Below, one piece after another: positions 1 through 15,000 of a DNA stretch of 64,000 bases (the first letter of the stretch is position 1; each line of letters begins with the position of its first letter). Both the position numbers and the translations under genes were made by a program. The stretch comes from Squalus acanthias (Eukaryota): positions 1-64,000 of the forward strand of contig JASTWF010000332.1 of NCBI GenBank assembly GCA_030390025.1, given 5' to 3'. The notes beneath the pieces were generated by a model. The model saw only the letters and a program-made list of their open reading frames with translations, searched no databases and was not told where the DNA came from.

Positions 1-3000
1 GATTCTGCAGTGTGAGAGTGAGGATTCTGCAGTGTGAGAGTGAAGATTCTGCAGTGTGAGAGTGAGATTCTGCAGTGTGAGAGAGTGAGGATTCTGCAGT
101 GAGAGTGAGAGATTCTGCAGTGTGAGAGTGAGGATTCTGCAGTGTGAGAGTGAAGATTCTGCAGTGTGAGAGAGTGAGGATTCTGCAGTGTGAGAGTGAG
201 GATTCTGCAGTGTGAGAGTGAGGATTCTGCAGTGTGAGAGTGAGGATTCTGCAGTGTGAGAGTGAGGATTCTGCAGTGTGAGAGTGAGGATTCTGCAGTG
301 TGAGAGAGTGAGGATTCTGCAGTGTGAGAGTGAAGATTCTGCAGTGAGAGAGTGAAGATTCTGCAGTGTGAGAGTGAGGATTCTGCAGTGTGAGAGTGAA
401 GATTCTGCAGTGTGAGAGTGAAGATTCTGCAGTGTGAGAGTGAAGATTCTGCAGTGTGAGAGTGAAGATTCTGCAGTGTGAGAGTGAAGATTCTGCAGTG
501 TGAGAGTGAAGATTCTGCAGTGTGAGAGTGAGGATTCTGCAGTGAGAGAGTGAAGATTCTGCAGTGTGAGAGTGAAGATTCTGCAGTGAGAGTGGGGATT
601 CTGCAGTGAGAGAGTGAAGATTCTGCAGTGTGAGATGAGGATTCTGCAGTGAGAGTGAAGATTTTGCAGTGAGAGTGAAGATTCTGCAGTGAGAGTGAAG
701 ATTCTGCAGTGAGAGAGTGAAGATTCTGCAGTGAGAGTGAGGATTCTGCAGTGAGAGTGAAGATTCTGCAGTGAGAGTGAGGATTCTGCAGTGTGAGAGT
801 GAGATTCTGCAGTGTGAGAGTGAAGATTCTGCAGTGTGAGAGTGAGGATTCTGCAGTGAGAGTGAAGATTCTGCAGTGAGAGAGTGAAGATTCTGCAGTG
901 TGAGAGTGAAGATTCTGCAGTGAGAGAGTGAAGATTCTGCAGTGTGAGAGTGAAGATTCTGCAGTGTGAGAGTGAAGATTCTGCAGTGTGAGAGTGAAGA
1001 TTCTGCAGTGTGAGAGTGAAGATTCTGCAGTGTGAGAGTGAAGATTCTGCAGTGTGAGAGTGAGGATTCTGCAGTGTGAGAGTGAGGATTCTGCAGTGTG
1101 AGAGTGAGGATTCTGCAGTGAGAGTGAGGATTCTGCAGTGTGAGAGTGAAGATTCTGCAGTGTGAGAGTGAGGATTCTGCAGTGAGAGTGAGATTCTGCA
1201 GTGAGAGTGAGGATTCTGCAGTGAGAGTGGAGATTCTGCAGTGTGAGAGTGAGGATTCTGCAGTGAGAGAGTGAAGATTCTGCAGTGTGAGAGTGAAGAT
1301 TCTGCAGTGAGAGAGTGAAGATTCTGCAGTGTGAGAGTGAAGATTCTGCAGTGTGAGAGTGAAGATTCTGCAGTGAGAGAGTGAAGATTCTGCAGTGAGA
1401 GAGTGAAGATTCTGCAGTGAGAGAGTGAAGATTCTGCAGTGAGAGTGAAGATTCTGCAGGTGTGAGAGTGAAGATTCTGCAGTGAGAGTGAAGATTCTGC
1501 AGTGTGAGAGTGAGGATTCTGCAGTGAGAGTGAGGATTCTGCAGTGTGAGAGTGAGATTCTGCAGTGAGGAGTGGAGGATTCTGCAGTGAGAGAGTGAGG
1601 ATTCTGCAGTGTGAGAGTGAAGATTCTGCAGTGTGAGAGTGAGGATTCTGCAGTGTGATGAGTGAGGATTCTGCAGTGTGAGAGTGAAGATTCTGCAGTG
1701 TGAGAGAGTGAAGATTCTGCGCAGTGTGAGAGTGAGGATTCTGCAGTGTGAGAGTGAAGATTCTGCAGTGTGAGAGTGGGAGGATTCTGCAGTGTGAGAG
1801 TGAAGATTCTGCAGTGTAGAGTGAGGATTCTGCAGTGTGAGAGTGAGGATTCTGCAGTGAGAGTGAAGATTCTGCAGTGAGAGAGTGAGATTCTGCAGTG
1901 TGAAGAGTGGGATTCTGCAGTGAGAGAGTGAGATTCTGCAGTGTGAGATGAGGATTCTGCAGTTGAGATGAGGATTCTGCAGTGTGAGAGTGAAGATTTG
2001 CAGTGAGAGTGAGGATTCTGCAGTGAGAGTGAAGATTCTGCAGTGTGAGAGTGAGGATTCTGCAGTGAGAGTGAGGATTCTGCAGTGTGAGAGTGAGGAT
2101 TCTGCAGTGTGAGAGTGAAGATTCTGCAGTGAGAGAGTGAGGATTCTGCAGTGAGAGTGAGGATTCTGCAGTGAGAGTGAAGATTCTGCAGTGAGAGTGA
2201 AGATTCTGCAGTGTGAGAGTGAGATTCTGCAGTGAGAGTGAAGATTCTGCAGTGAGAGTGAGGATTCTGCAGTGAGAGTGAAGATTCTGCAGTGAGAGTG
2301 AAGATTCTGCAGTGAGAGTGAGGATTCTGCAGTGAGAGTGAGGATTCTGCAGTGAGAGTGAGATTCTGCAGTGAGAGTGAGGATTCTGCAGTGAGAGTGA
2401 GGATTCTGCAGTGAGAGTGAGGATTCTGCAGTGAGAGTGAGGATTCTGCAGTGAGAGTGAGGATTCTGCAGTGTGAGAGTGGGATTCTGCAGTGTGAGAG
2501 TGAGGATTCTGCAGTGTGAGAGTGGAGATTCTGCAGTAAAGAGTGAGGATTCTGCAGTGTGAGAGTGAAGGATTCTGCAGTGAGGAGTGAAGGATTCTGC
2601 AGTGAGAGTGAAGATTCTGCAGTGTGAGAGTGAGGAATCTGCAGTGTGAGAGTGAGGATTCTGCAGTGTGAGAGTGAAGGATTCTGCAGTGTGAGAGAGT
2701 GAGGAATTCTGCAGTGTGAGAGTGAAGATCTGCAGTTGTGAGAGTGAGGATTATGCAGTGTGAGAGTGAGGATTCTGCAGTGTGAGAGAGTGAGATTCTG
2801 CAGTGTGAGAGTGAGGATTCTGCAGTGTGAGAGTGAAGATTCTGCAGTGTGAGAGTGAGGATTCTGCAGTGTGAGAGTGAAGATTCTGCAGTGTGAGAGT
2901 GAAGATTCTGCAGTGTGAGAGTGAAGATTCTGCAGTGTGAGAGTGAAGATTCTGCAGTGTGAGAGTGAAGATTCTGCAGTGTGAGAGTGAAGATTCTGCA

Positions 3001-6000
3001 GTGTGAGAGTGAGATTCTGCAGTGTGAGAGTGAGGATTCTGCAGTGTGAGAGTGAGGATTCTGCAGTGTGAGAGTGAGGATTCTGCAGTGTGAGAGTGAA
3101 GATTCTGCAGTGCTGAGAGTGAGGATTCTGCAGTGTGAGAGTGAAGATTCTGCAGTGAGAGAGTGGGGATTCCTGCAGTGTGAGAGTGAAGATTCTGCAG
3201 TGTGAGAGTGAAGATTCTGCAGTGAGAGAGTGAGGATTCTGCAGTGAGAGTGAGGATTCTGCAGTGTGAGAGAGGGATTCTGCAGTGAGAGAGTGGGATT
3301 TCTGCAGTGTGAGAGTGAAGATTCTGCAGTGTGGAGAGTGAGATTCTGCAGTGTGAGAGTGAAGATTCTGCAGTGAGAGAGTGAGGATTCTGCAGTGAGA
3401 GTGAGGATTCTGCAGTGAGAGTGAAGATTCTGCAGATGTGAGAGTGAAGATTCTGCAATGTGAGAGTGAGATTCTGCAGTGTGAGAGTGAAGATTCTGCA
3501 GTGTGAGAGTGAAGATTCTGCAGTGTGAGAGTGTGAGATTCTGCAGTGTGAGAGTGAAGATTCTGCAGTGTGAGAGTGAAGATTCTGCAGTGTGAGAGTG
3601 GGGATTCTGCAGTGTGAGAGTGAAGATTCTGCAGTGTGAGATGAGGATTCTGCAGTGTGAGAGTGAAGATTTCTGCAGTGAGAGTGAGGGATTCTGCAGT
3701 GAGAGTGAAGATTCTGCAGAGTGAGAGTGGGGATTCGCAGTGAGAGTGAAGATTCTGCAGTGAGAGAGTGAGGATTCTGCAGTGAGAGTGAGATTCTGCA
3801 GTGAGAGAGTGAGATTCTGCAGTGTGAGAGTGAGATTCTGCAGTGTGAGAGTGAGGATTCTGCAGTGAGAGTAGATTCTGCAGTGAGAGAGTGAGATTCT
3901 GCAGTGTGAGAGTGAGGATTCTGCAGTGAGAGAGTGAGGATTCTGCAGTGTGAGAGTGATGATTCTGCAGTGTGAGAGTGAAGATTCTGCAGTGTGAGAG
4001 TGAGGATTCTGCAGTGTGAGAGTGAGGATTCTCCAGTGAGAGAGTGAGACTTCTGCAGTGAGAGAGTGAAGATTCTGCGAGTGAGAGAGTGAGGATTCTG
4101 CAGTGAGAGAGTGAGATTCTGCAGTGTGAAAGTGAGGATTCTGCAGTGAGAGAGTGAAGATTCTGCAGTGTGAGAGTGAGGATTCTGCAGTGAGAGTGAA
4201 GATTCTGCAGTGAGAGTGAGGATTCTGCAGTGAGAGAGTGAAGATTCTGCAGTGAGAGAGTGAGGATTCTGCAGTGAGAGAGTGAGGATTCTGCAGTGTG
4301 AGAGTGAAGATTCTGAAGTGAGTGAGTGAAGATTCTGCAGTGTGAGAGTGAAGATCTGCAGTGTGAGAGTGAGAGATTCTGCAGTGAGTGAGTGAGGATT
4401 CTGCAGTGTGAGAGTGAGATTCTGCAGTGAGTGAGTGAGATTCTGCAGTGAGAGTGAGGATTCTGCAGTGAGAGTGAGGATTCTGCAGTGAGAGTGAAGA
4501 TTCTGCAGTGAGAGAGTGAGGATTCTGCAGTGAGAGTGAAGATTCTGCAGTGAGAGAGTGGGCATTCTGCAGTGTGAGAGTGAGGATTCTGCAGTGAGAG
4601 TGAGGATTCTGCAGTGAGAGTGAGGATTCTGCAGTGTGAGAGTGGGGATTCTGCATTGTGAGAGTGGGGATTCTGCAGTGAGAGTGAAGATTCTGCAGTG
4701 AGAGTGAGGATTCTGCAGTGAGAGTGAGGATTCTGCAGTGAGAGTGAAGATTCTGCACTGTGAGAGTGAAGATTCTGCAGTGTGAGAGTGAGGATTCTGC
4801 AGTGTGAGAGTGAGGATTCTGCAGTGTGAGAGTGAGGATTCTGCAGTGTGAGAGAGTGAGGATTCTGCAGTGAGAGAGTGAAGATTCTGCAGTGTGAGAG
4901 TGAGGATTCTGCAGTGAGAGACTGAGGATTCTGCAGTGTGAGAGAGTGAGGATTCTGCAGTGTGAGAGTGAGGATTCTGCAGTGTGAGAGTGAGGATTCT
5001 GCAGTGTGAGAGTGAGGATTCTGCAGTGTGAGAGTGAGGATTCTGCAGTGTGAGAGTGAGGATTCTGCAGTGTGAGAGTGAGGATTCTGCAGTGTGAGAG
5101 TGAAGATTCTGCAGTGAGAGAGTGAAGATTCTGCAGTGTGAGAGTGAGGATTCTGCAGTGTGAGAGTGAAGATTCTGCAGTGTGAGAGTGAAGATTCTGC
5201 AGTGTGAGATTGAAGATTCTGCAGTGTGAGAGTGAAGATTCTGCAGTGTGAGAGTGAAGATTCTGCAGGCTGTGAGAGAGTGAAGATTCTGCAGTGTGAG
5301 AAGTGGATTCTGCAGTGAAGAGAGTGAACATTCTGCAGTGTGAGAGTGAAGATTCTGCAGTGAGAGTGGGGATTCTGCAGTGAGAGAGTGAAGATTCTGC
5401 AGTGTGAGATGAGGATTCTGCAGTGAGAGTGAAGATTTTGCAGTGAGAGTGGGGATTCTGCAGTGAGAGTGAAGATTCTGCAGTGAGAAGTGAAGATTCT
5501 GCAGTGAGAGTGAGGATTCTGCAGTGAGAGTGAAGATTCTGCAGTGAGAGTGAAGATTCTGCAGTGAGAGAGTGAAGATTCTGCAGTGTGAGAGTGAAGA
5601 TTCTGCAGTGTGAGAGTGAGGATTCTGCAGTGAGAGTGAAGATTCTGCAGTGAGAGAGTGAAGATTCTGCAGTGTGAGAGTGAAGATTCTGCAGTGAGAG
5701 AGTGAGGATTCTGCAGTGTGAGAGTGAAGATTCTGCAGTGTGAGAGTGAAGATTCTGCAGTGTGAGAGTGAAGATTCTGCAGTGTGAGAGTGAACATTCT
5801 CCAGTGAGAGAGTGAAAATTCTGCAGTGAGAGAGTGAGGATTCTGCAGTGAGAGAGTGAGGATTCTGCAGTGAGAGAGTGAGGATTCTGCAGTGAAAGTG
5901 GGGATTCTGCAGTGAGAGAGTGAAGATTCTGCAGTGTGAGATGAGGATTCTGCAGTGAGAGTGAAGATTTTGCAGTGAGAGTGGGGATTCTGCAGTGAGA

Positions 6001-9000
6001 GTGAAGATTCTGCAGTGAGAGAGTGAGGATTCTGCAGTGAGAGAGTGAGGATTCTGCAGTGTGAGAGTGAAGATTCTGAAGTGATTGAGTGAAGATTCTG
6101 CAGTGTGAGAGTGAAGATTCTGCAGTGTGAGTGTGAAGATTCTGCAGTGAGTGAGTGAAGATTCTGCAGTGAGTGAGTGAAGATTCTGCAGTGAGAGAGT
6201 GTGGATTCTGCAGTGAGAGTGAGGATTCTGCAGTGTGAGAGTGAGGATTCTGCAGTGAGAGTGAAGATTCTGCAGTGAGAGAGTGGCATTCTGCAGTGTG
6301 AGAGTGAGGATTCTGCAGTGAGAGTGAGGATTCTGCAGTGAGAGTGAGGATTCTGCAGTGTGAGAGTGAAGATTCTGCAGTGTGAGAGTGGGGATTCTGC
6401 AGTGAGAGGGAGGATTCTGCAGTGAGAGTGAAGATTCTGCAGTGAGAGTGAAGATTCTGCAGTGAGAGTGAAGATTCTGCAGTGTGAGAGTGAAGATTCT
6501 GCAGTGAGTGAGTGAAGATTCTGCAGTGTGAGAGTGAAGATTCTGCAGTAAGAGTGAGAGTCTGCAGTGTGAGAGTGAAGATTCTGCATGTGTGAGTGAA
6601 GATTCTGCAGTGAGAGAGTGAAGATTCTGGCAGTGTGAGAGTGAAGATTCTGCATGTGAGAGTGAAGATTCTGCAGTGTGAGAGTGAGGATTCTGCAGTG
6701 AGAGAGTGAAGATTCTGCAGTGGTGAGAGTGGAAGATTCCTGCAGTGTGAGAGTGAAGATTCTGCAGTGAGAGAGTGAGGATGCCTGCAGTGAGAGTGAT
6801 GATTCTGCAGTGTGAGAGTGGGATACTGCAGTGGAGAGTGAGGATTCTGCAGTGAGAGTGAGGATTCTGCAGTGAGAGTGAGGATTCTGCAGTGAGAGAG
6901 TGAGAATCTGCAGTGAGAGTGTGAGATTCTGCAGTGAGAGAGTGAAGATTCTGCAGTGAGAGAGTGAGATTCTGCAGTGTGAGAGTGAAGATTCTGCAGT
7001 GTGAGAGTGAGAAGAGGATTCTGCAGTGTGAGAGTGAAGATTCTGCAGTGAGAGTGAAGATTCTGCAGTGTGAGAGTGAGGGATTCTGCAGTGTGAGAGT
7101 GAGATTCTGCAGTGAGAGAGTGAAGATTCTGCAGTGAGAGTGAAGATTCTGCAGTGTGAGAGTGAGGATTCTGGCGTTGAGAGTGAGGATTCTGCAGTGT
7201 GAGAGTGAAGATTCTGCAGTGTGGAGTGAGGATTCTGCAGTGAGAGAGTGAGGATTCTGCAGTGAGAGAGTGAGATTCTGCAGTGTGAGAGTGAGGATTC
7301 TGCAGTGTGAGAGTGAGGATTCTGCAGTGTGAGAGTGAGGATTCTGCAGTGTGAGAGTGAGGATTCTGCAGTGTGAAGTAGGATTCTTGCAGTGTGAGAG
7401 GAGGATTCTGCAGTGTGAGAGTGAAGATTCTGCAGTGTGAGGAGAGTGGAGGATTCTGCAGTGAGAGTGAGTATTCTGCAGTGAGAGTGAAGATTCTGCA
7501 GTGAGAAGTGAAGATTCTGCTGGTGAGAGTGAGATTCTGCAGTGTGAGAGTGAAGATTCTGCAGTGTGAGAGTGAAGATTCTGCAGTGTGAGAGTGAAGA
7601 TTCTGCAGTGTGAGAGTGAAGATTCTGCAGTGTGAGAGTGAAGATTCTGCAGTGTGAGAGTGAAGATTCTGCAGTGAGAGAGTGAGGATTCTGCAGTGTG
7701 AGAGTGAGGATTCTGCAGTGAGAGAGTGAGATTCTGCAGTGTGAGAGTGAAGATTCTGCAGTGTGAGAGTGAAGATTCTGCAGTGTGAGAGTGAAGATTC
7801 TGCAGTGTGAGAGTGAAGATTCTGCAGTGAGAGTGAGATTCTGCAGTGAGAGTGAAGATTCTGCAGTGTGAGAGTGAGGATTCTGCAGTGAGAGTGAGGA
7901 TTCTGCAGTGTGAGAGTGAGATTCTGCAGTGAGAGAGTGAAGATTCTGCAGTGTGAGAGTGAAGATTCTGCAGTGTGAGAGTGAAGATTCTGCAGTGTGA
8001 GAGTGAAGATTCTGCAGTGTGAGAGTGAGGATTCTGCAGTGAGAGAGTGAAGATTCTGGCAGTGTGAGAGTGTGGATTCTTGCAGTGAGAGTGAGATTCT
8101 GCAGTGTGAGAGTGAGGGATCTGCAGTGTGAGTGAAGATTCTGCAGTGAGAGAGTGAGGCATTCTGCAGGGAGAGTGAGATTCTGCAGTGTGAGAGTGAG
8201 GAATTCTGCAGTGAGAGAGTGAGGGATTCTGCAGTGTGAGAGTGAAGATTCTGCAGTGTGAGAGTGGGGATTCTGGCAGTGAGTGAGGGAGGATTCTGCA
8301 GTGAGAGTGAAGATTCTGCAGTGTGAGAGTGAGGATTCTGCATGTGAGAGGTGAGGATTCGCAGTGTGAGAGTGGAGATTTGCAGTGTGAGAGTGAGGAT
8401 TCTGCAGTGTGAGTGAGTGAAGATTATTGCAGTGTGAGTGTAAGATTCTGCAGTGAGAGGAGTGAGGATTCTGCAGGTGAGAGTGAAGATTCTGCAGTGA
8501 GTGAGTGAAGATTCTGCAGTGAGAGTGAAGATTCTGCAGTGTGAGAGTGAAGATTCTGCAGTGTGAGAGTGAAGATTCTGCAGTGTGAGAGTGAAGAATC
8601 TGCAGTGAGAGAGTGGAAGATTCTGCAGTGTGAGAGTGAAGATTCTGCAGTGTGTGAGTGAAGATCGCAGTGTGAGAGTGAAGAGTCTGCAGGTGAGAGT
8701 GAAGATCTGCGTGTGAGAGTGAAGATTCTGCAGTGAGTGAGATGAAGATTCTGCAGTGAGTATGAGGATTCTGCAGTGAGAGTGAGGATTCTGCAGTGAG
8801 AGTGAGGATTCTGCAGTGTGAGAGTGAGGATTCTGCAGTGAGAGTGAGATTCTGCAGTGTGAGAGTAAGATTCTGCAGTGAGTGAGTGAAGATTCTGCAG
8901 TGTGAGAGTGAAGATTCTGCAGTGTGAGAGTGAAGATTCTGCAGTGAGTGAGTGAAGATTCTGCAGTGAGAGTGAGGATTCTGCAGTGAGAGTGAGGATT

Positions 9001-12000
9001 CTGCAGTGAGAGTGAGGATTCTGCAGTGTGAGAGTGAGGATTCTGCAGTGAGAGTGAGATTCTGCAGTGTGAGAGTGAAGATTCTGCAGTGAGAGAGTGA
9101 GATTCTGCAGTGTGAGAGTGAAGATTCTTGCAGTGAGAGTTCAGTGTGAGTGAGGATTCTGCAGTGTGTGAGAGTGAGGATTCTGCAGTGAGAGAGAGTG
9201 AGTTCTGCAGCGTGAGAGTGAGGATTCTGCAGTGTGAGAGTGAGGATTCTGCAGTGTGAGAGTGAAGATTCTGCAGTGTGAGAGAGTGAGGATTCTGCAG
9301 TGTGAGAGTGAGGATTCTGCAGTGTGAGAGTGAAGATTCTGCAGTGTGAGAGTGAAGATTCTGCAGTGTGAGAGTGAAGATTCTGCAGTGTGAGAGTGAA
9401 GATTCTGCAGTGTGAGAGTGAAGATTCTGCAGTGTGAGAGTGAAGATTCTGCAGTGTCAGAGTGAAGATTCTGCAGTGTGAGATGTGGATTCTGCAGTGA
9501 GAGAGTGAAGATTCTGCAGTGTGAGAGTGAAGATTCTGCAGTGAGAGTGGGGATTCTGCAGTGAGAGAGTGAAGATTCTGCAGTGAAAGTGAGGATTCTG
9601 CAGTGTGAGATGAGGATTCTGCAGTGAGAGTGAAGATTTTGCAGTGAGAGTGGGGATTCTGCAGTGAGAGCGAAGATTCTGCAGTGAGAGAGTGAGGATT
9701 CTGCAGTGAGAGAGTGAGGATTCTGCAGTGTGAGAGTGAAGATTCTGAAGTGAGTGAGTGAAGATTCTGCAGTGTGAGAGTGAAGATTCATCAGTGAGTG
9801 AGTGAAGATTCTGCAGTGTGAGAGTGAAGATTCTGCAGTGTGAGTGTGAAGATTCTGCAGTGAGTGAGTGAAGATTCTGCAGTGAGAGAGTGTGGATTCT
9901 GCAGTGAGAGTGAGGATTCTGCAGTGTGAGAGTGAGGATTCTGCAGTGAGAGTGAGGATTCTGCAGTGAGAGTGAGGATTCTGCAGTGAGAGTGAGGATT
10001 CTGCAGTGAGAGTGAGGATTCTGCAGTGTGAGAGTGGGGATTCTGCATTGTGAGAGTGGGGATTCTGCAGTGAGAGTGGAGATTCTGCATTGAGAGTGAG
10101 GATTCTGCAGTGAGAGTGAGGATTCTGCAGTGTGAGAGTGAAGGATTCTGCAGTGGAGAGTGAAGATTCTGCAGTGTGAGAGTGAGGATTCTGCAGTGTG
10201 AGAGTAGAAGGATTCTGCAGTGTGAGATGAGGATTCTGCAGTGTGAGAGTGAAGATTCTGCAGTGTGGAGAGTGAAGATTCTGCAGTGTGAGAGTGAGGA
10301 TTCTGCAGTGTGAGAGTGAGGATTCTGCAGTGTGAGAGTGAAGATTCTGCAGTGTGAGAGTGAGGATTCTGCAGTGTGAGAGTGAGGATTCTGCAGTGTG
10401 AGAGTGAAGATTCTTCAGTGTGAGAGTGAGATTCTGCAGTGTGAGAGTGAGGATTCTGCAGTGTGAGAGTGAGGATTCTGCAGTGTGAGAGTGAGATTCG
10501 CAGGTGAGAGTGAAGATTCTGCAGTGTGAGAGAGTGAGGATTCTGCAGTGTGAGAGTGAAGATTCTGCAGTGTGAGAGTGAGGATTCTGCAGTGTGAGAG
10601 TGAAGATTCTGCAGTGTGAGAGTGAAGATTCTGCAGTGTGAGAGTGAAGATTCTGCAGTGTGAGAGTGAAGATTCTGCAGTGTGAGAGTGAAGATTCTGC
10701 AGTGTGAGAGTGAAGATTCTGCAGTGTGAGAGTGAAGATTCTGCAGTGAGAGAGTGAAGATTCTGCAGTGTGAGATGTGGATTCTGCAGTGAGAGAGTGA
10801 AGATTCTGCAGTGTGAGAGTGAAGATTCTGCAGTGAGAGTGGGGATTCTGCAGTGAGAGTGAGATTCTGCAGTGAGAGGATTCTGCAGTGTGAGATGAGA
10901 TTCTGCAGTGAGAGTGAAGATTTTGCAGTGAGAGTGGGGATTCTGCAGTGAGAGTGAAGATTCTGCAGTGAGAGTGGAGGATTCTGCCAGTGAGAGAGTG
11001 AAGATTCTGCAGTGAGAGAGTGAAGATTCTGCAGTGTGAGAATGAGGATTCTGCAGTGAGAGTGGGGATTCTGCAGTGAGAGAGTGAAGATGCTGCAGTG
11101 TGAGAGTGAAGATTCTGCAGTGAGAGAGTGAAGATTCTGCAGTGAGTGTGAAGATTCTGCAGTGAGAGATTGAAGATTCTGCAGTGAGAGAGTGAAGATT
11201 CTGCAGTGAGAGTGAAGATTATGCAGTGAGTGAAGATTCTGCAGTGAGAGTGAGGATTCTGCAGTGAGAGTGAAGATTCTGCAGTGAGAGTGAAGATTCT
11301 GCAGTGAGAGAGTGAAGATTTTGCAGTGTGAGAGTGAAGATTCTGCAGTGTGAGAGTGAGGATTCTGCAGTGAGAGTGAAGATTCTGCAGTGAGAGAGTG
11401 AAGATTCTGCAGTGTGAGAGTGAAGATTCTGCAGTGAGAGAGTGAGGATTCTGCAGTGTGAGAGTGAAGATTCTGCAGTGTGAGAGTGAAGATTCTGCAG
11501 TGTGAGAGTGAACATTCTCCAGTGAGAGAGTGAAGATTCTGCAGTGAGAGAGTGAGGATTCTGCAGTGAGAGAGTGAGGATTCTGCAGTGAAAGTGGGGA
11601 TTCTGCAGTGAGAGAGTGAAGATTCTGCAGTGTGAGATGAGGATTCTGCAGTGAGAGTGAAGATTTTGCAGTGAGAGTGGGGATTCTGCAGTGAGAGTGA
11701 AGATTCTGCAGTGAGAGAGTGAGGATTCTGCAGTGAGAGAGTGAGGATTCTGCAGTGTGAGAGTGAAGATTCTGCAGTGAGTGAGTGAAGATTCTGCAGT
11801 GTGAGAGTGAAGATTCTGCAGTGAGTGAGTGAAGATTCTGCAGTGAGAGAGTGAGGATTCTGCAGTGTGAGAGTGAGGATTCTGCAGTGAGAGTGAAGAT
11901 TCTGCAGTGAGAGAGTGGGCATTCTGCAGTGTGAGAGTGAGGATTCTGCAGTGAGAGTGAGGATTCTGCAGTGAGAGTGAGGATTCTGCAGTGAGAGTGA

Positions 12001-15000
12001 GGATTCTGCAGTGTGAGAGTGGGGATTCTGCATTGTGAGAGTGGGGATTCTGCAGTGAGAGTGGAGATTCTGCATTGAGAGTGAGGATTCTGCAGTGAGA
12101 GTGAGGATTCTGCAGTGAGAGTGAAGATTCTGCACTGTGAGAGTGAAGATTCTGCAGTGTGAGAGTGAAGATTCTGCAGTGTGAGAGTGAGGATTCTGCA
12201 GTGAGAGAGTGAAGATTCTGCAGTGAGAGAGTGAGGATTCTGCAGTGTGAGAGAGTGAAGATTCTGCAGTGAGAGAGTGAGGATTCTGCAGTGAGAGAGT
12301 GAAGATTCTGCAGTGTGAGAGTGAGGATTCTGCAGTGTGAGAGTGAAGATTCTGCAGTGAGAGAGTGAAGATTCTGCAGTGTGAGAGTGAAGATTCTGCA
12401 GTGTGAGAGTGAGGATTCTGGTGTGAGAGAGTGAAGATTCTGCAGTGTGAGAGTGAGGATTCTGCAGTGTGAGAGTGAAGATTCTGCAGTGTGAGAGTGA
12501 AGATTCTGCAGTGTGAGAGTGAAGATTCTGCAGTGTGAGAGTGAAGATTCTGCAGTGTGAGAGTGAAGATTCTGCAGTGTGAGATGTGGATTCTGCAGTG
12601 AGAGTGAAGATTCTGCAGTGTGAGAGTGAAGATTCTTCAGTGAGTGAGTGAAGATTCTGCAGTGTGAGAGTGAAGATTCTGCAGTGTGAGAGTGAAGATT
12701 CTGCAGTGAGTGAGTGAAGATTCTGCAGTGAGAGAGTGAGGATTCTGCAGTGAGAGTGAGGATTCTGCAGTGTGAGAGTGAGGATTCTGCAGTGAGAGAG
12801 TGGGGATTCTGCAGTGTGAGAGTGAGGATTCTGCAGTGAGAGTGAGGATTCTGCAGTGAGAGTGAGGATGCTGCAGTGAGAGTGAAGATTCTGCAGTGAG
12901 AGAGTGAAGATTCTGCAGTGTGAGAGTGAAGATTCTGCAGTGAGAGTGGGGATTCTGCAGTGAGAGAGTGAAGATTCTGCAGTGTGAGATGAGGATTCTG
13001 CAGTGAGAGTGAAGATTTTGCAGTGAGAGTGAGGATTCTGCAGTGAGAGTGAAGATTTTGCAATGAGAGTGAGGATTCTGCAGTGTGAGAGTGAAGATTC
13101 TGCAGTGAGAGAGTGAGGATTCTGCAGTGTGAGAGTGAAGATTCTGCAGTGTGAGAGTGGGGATTCTGCAGTGAGAGTGAGGATTCTGCAGTGAGAGTGA
13201 AGATTCTGCAGTGAGAGTGAAGATTCTGCAGTGAGAGTGAAGATTCTGCAGTGAGAGTGAAGATTCTGCAGTGTGAGAGTGAAGATTCTGCAGTGAGAGA
13301 GTGAAGATTCTGCAGTGTGAGAGTGAAGATTCTGCAGTGAGAGTGAAGATTCTGCAGTGTGAGAGTGAAGATTCTGCAGTGAGAGAGTGAAGATTCTGCA
13401 GTGAGAGAGTGAAGATTCTGCAGTGTGAGAGTGAAGATTCTGCAGTGAGTGAGTGAAGATTCTGCAGTGTGAGAGTGAAGATTCTGCAGTGAGTGAGTGA
13501 AGATTCTGCAGTGTGAGAGTGAAGATTCTGCAGTGTGAGAGTGAAGATTCTGCAGTGTGAGAGTGAAGATTCTGCAGTGAGAGAGTGAAGATTCTGCAGT
13601 GAGTGAGTGAAGATTCTGCAGTGAGAGTGAGGATTCTGCAGTGAGAGTGAGGATTCTGCAGTGTGAGAGTGAGGATTCTGCAGTGAGAGTGAAGATTCTG
13701 CAGTGTGAGAGTGAAGATTCTGCAGTGAGAGAGTGAAGATTCTGCAGTGTGAGAGTGAAGATTCTGCAGTGTGAGAGTGAAGATTCTGCAGTGTGAGAGT
13801 GAAGATTCTGCAGTGAGAGAGTGAAGATTCTGCAGTGAGAGAGTGAGGATTCTGCAGTGAGAGTGAGGATTCTGCAGTGTGAGAGTGAGGATTCTGCAGT
13901 GAGAGTGAAGATTCTGCAGTGTGAGAGTGAAGATTCTGCAGTGAGAGAGTGGGGATTCTGCAGTGTGAGAGTGAGGATTCTGCAGTGAGAGTGAGGATTC
14001 TGCAGTGAGAGTGAAGATTCTGCAGTGAGAGAGTGAGGATTCTGCAGTGTGAGAGTGGATTCTGCAGTGTGAGAGTGAGGATTCTGCAGTGAGAGTGAGG
14101 ATTCTGCAGTGAGAGTGAGGATTCTGCAGTGAGAGTGGAGATTCTGCAGTGAGAGTGAGGATTCTGCAGTGAGAGTGAAGATTCTGCACTGTGAGAGTGA
14201 AGATTCTGCAGTGTGAGAGTGAAGATTCTGCAGTGTGAGAGTGAAGATTCTGCAGTGTGAGAGTGAAGATTCTGCAGTGTGAGAGTGAGGATTCTGCAGT
14301 GAGAGAGTGAGGATTCTGCAGTGAGAGAGTGAGGATTCTGCAGTGAGAGAGTGAAGATTCTGCAGTGTGAGAGTGAAGATTCTGCAGTGTGAGAGTGAAG
14401 ATTCTGCAGTGTGAGAGTGAGGATTCTGCAGTGTGAGAGTGAAGATTCTGCAGTGTGAGAGTGAGGATTCTGCAGTGAGAGAGTGAAGATTCTGCAGTGT
14501 GAGAGTGAAGATTCTGCAGTGTGAGAGTGAGGATTCTGCAGTGTGAGAGAGTGAGGATTCTGCAGTGTGAGAGTGAAGATTCTGCAGTGTGAGAGTGAGG
14601 ATTCTGCAGTGTGAGAGTGAAGATTCTGCAGTGAGAGAGTGAAGATTCTGCAGTGTGAGAGTGAAGATTCTGCAGTGTGAGAGTGAAGATTCTGCAGTGT
14701 GAGAGTGAAGATTCTGCAGTGTGAGAGTGAAGATTCTGCAGTGTGAGAGTGAAGATTCTGCAGTGTGAGAGTGAGGATTCTGCAGTGTGAGAGTGAGGAT
14801 TCTGCAGTGAGAGTGAAGATTCTGCAGTGTGAGAGTGAAGATTCTGCAGTGAGAGAGTGAGGATTCTGCAGTGTGAGAGTGAGGATTCTGCAGTGAGAGT
14901 GAGGATTCTGCAGTGTGAGAGTGAGGATTCTGCAGTGAGAGTGAGGATTCTGCAGTGAGAGTGAGGATTCTGCAGTGAGAGTGGAGATTCTGCAGTGAGA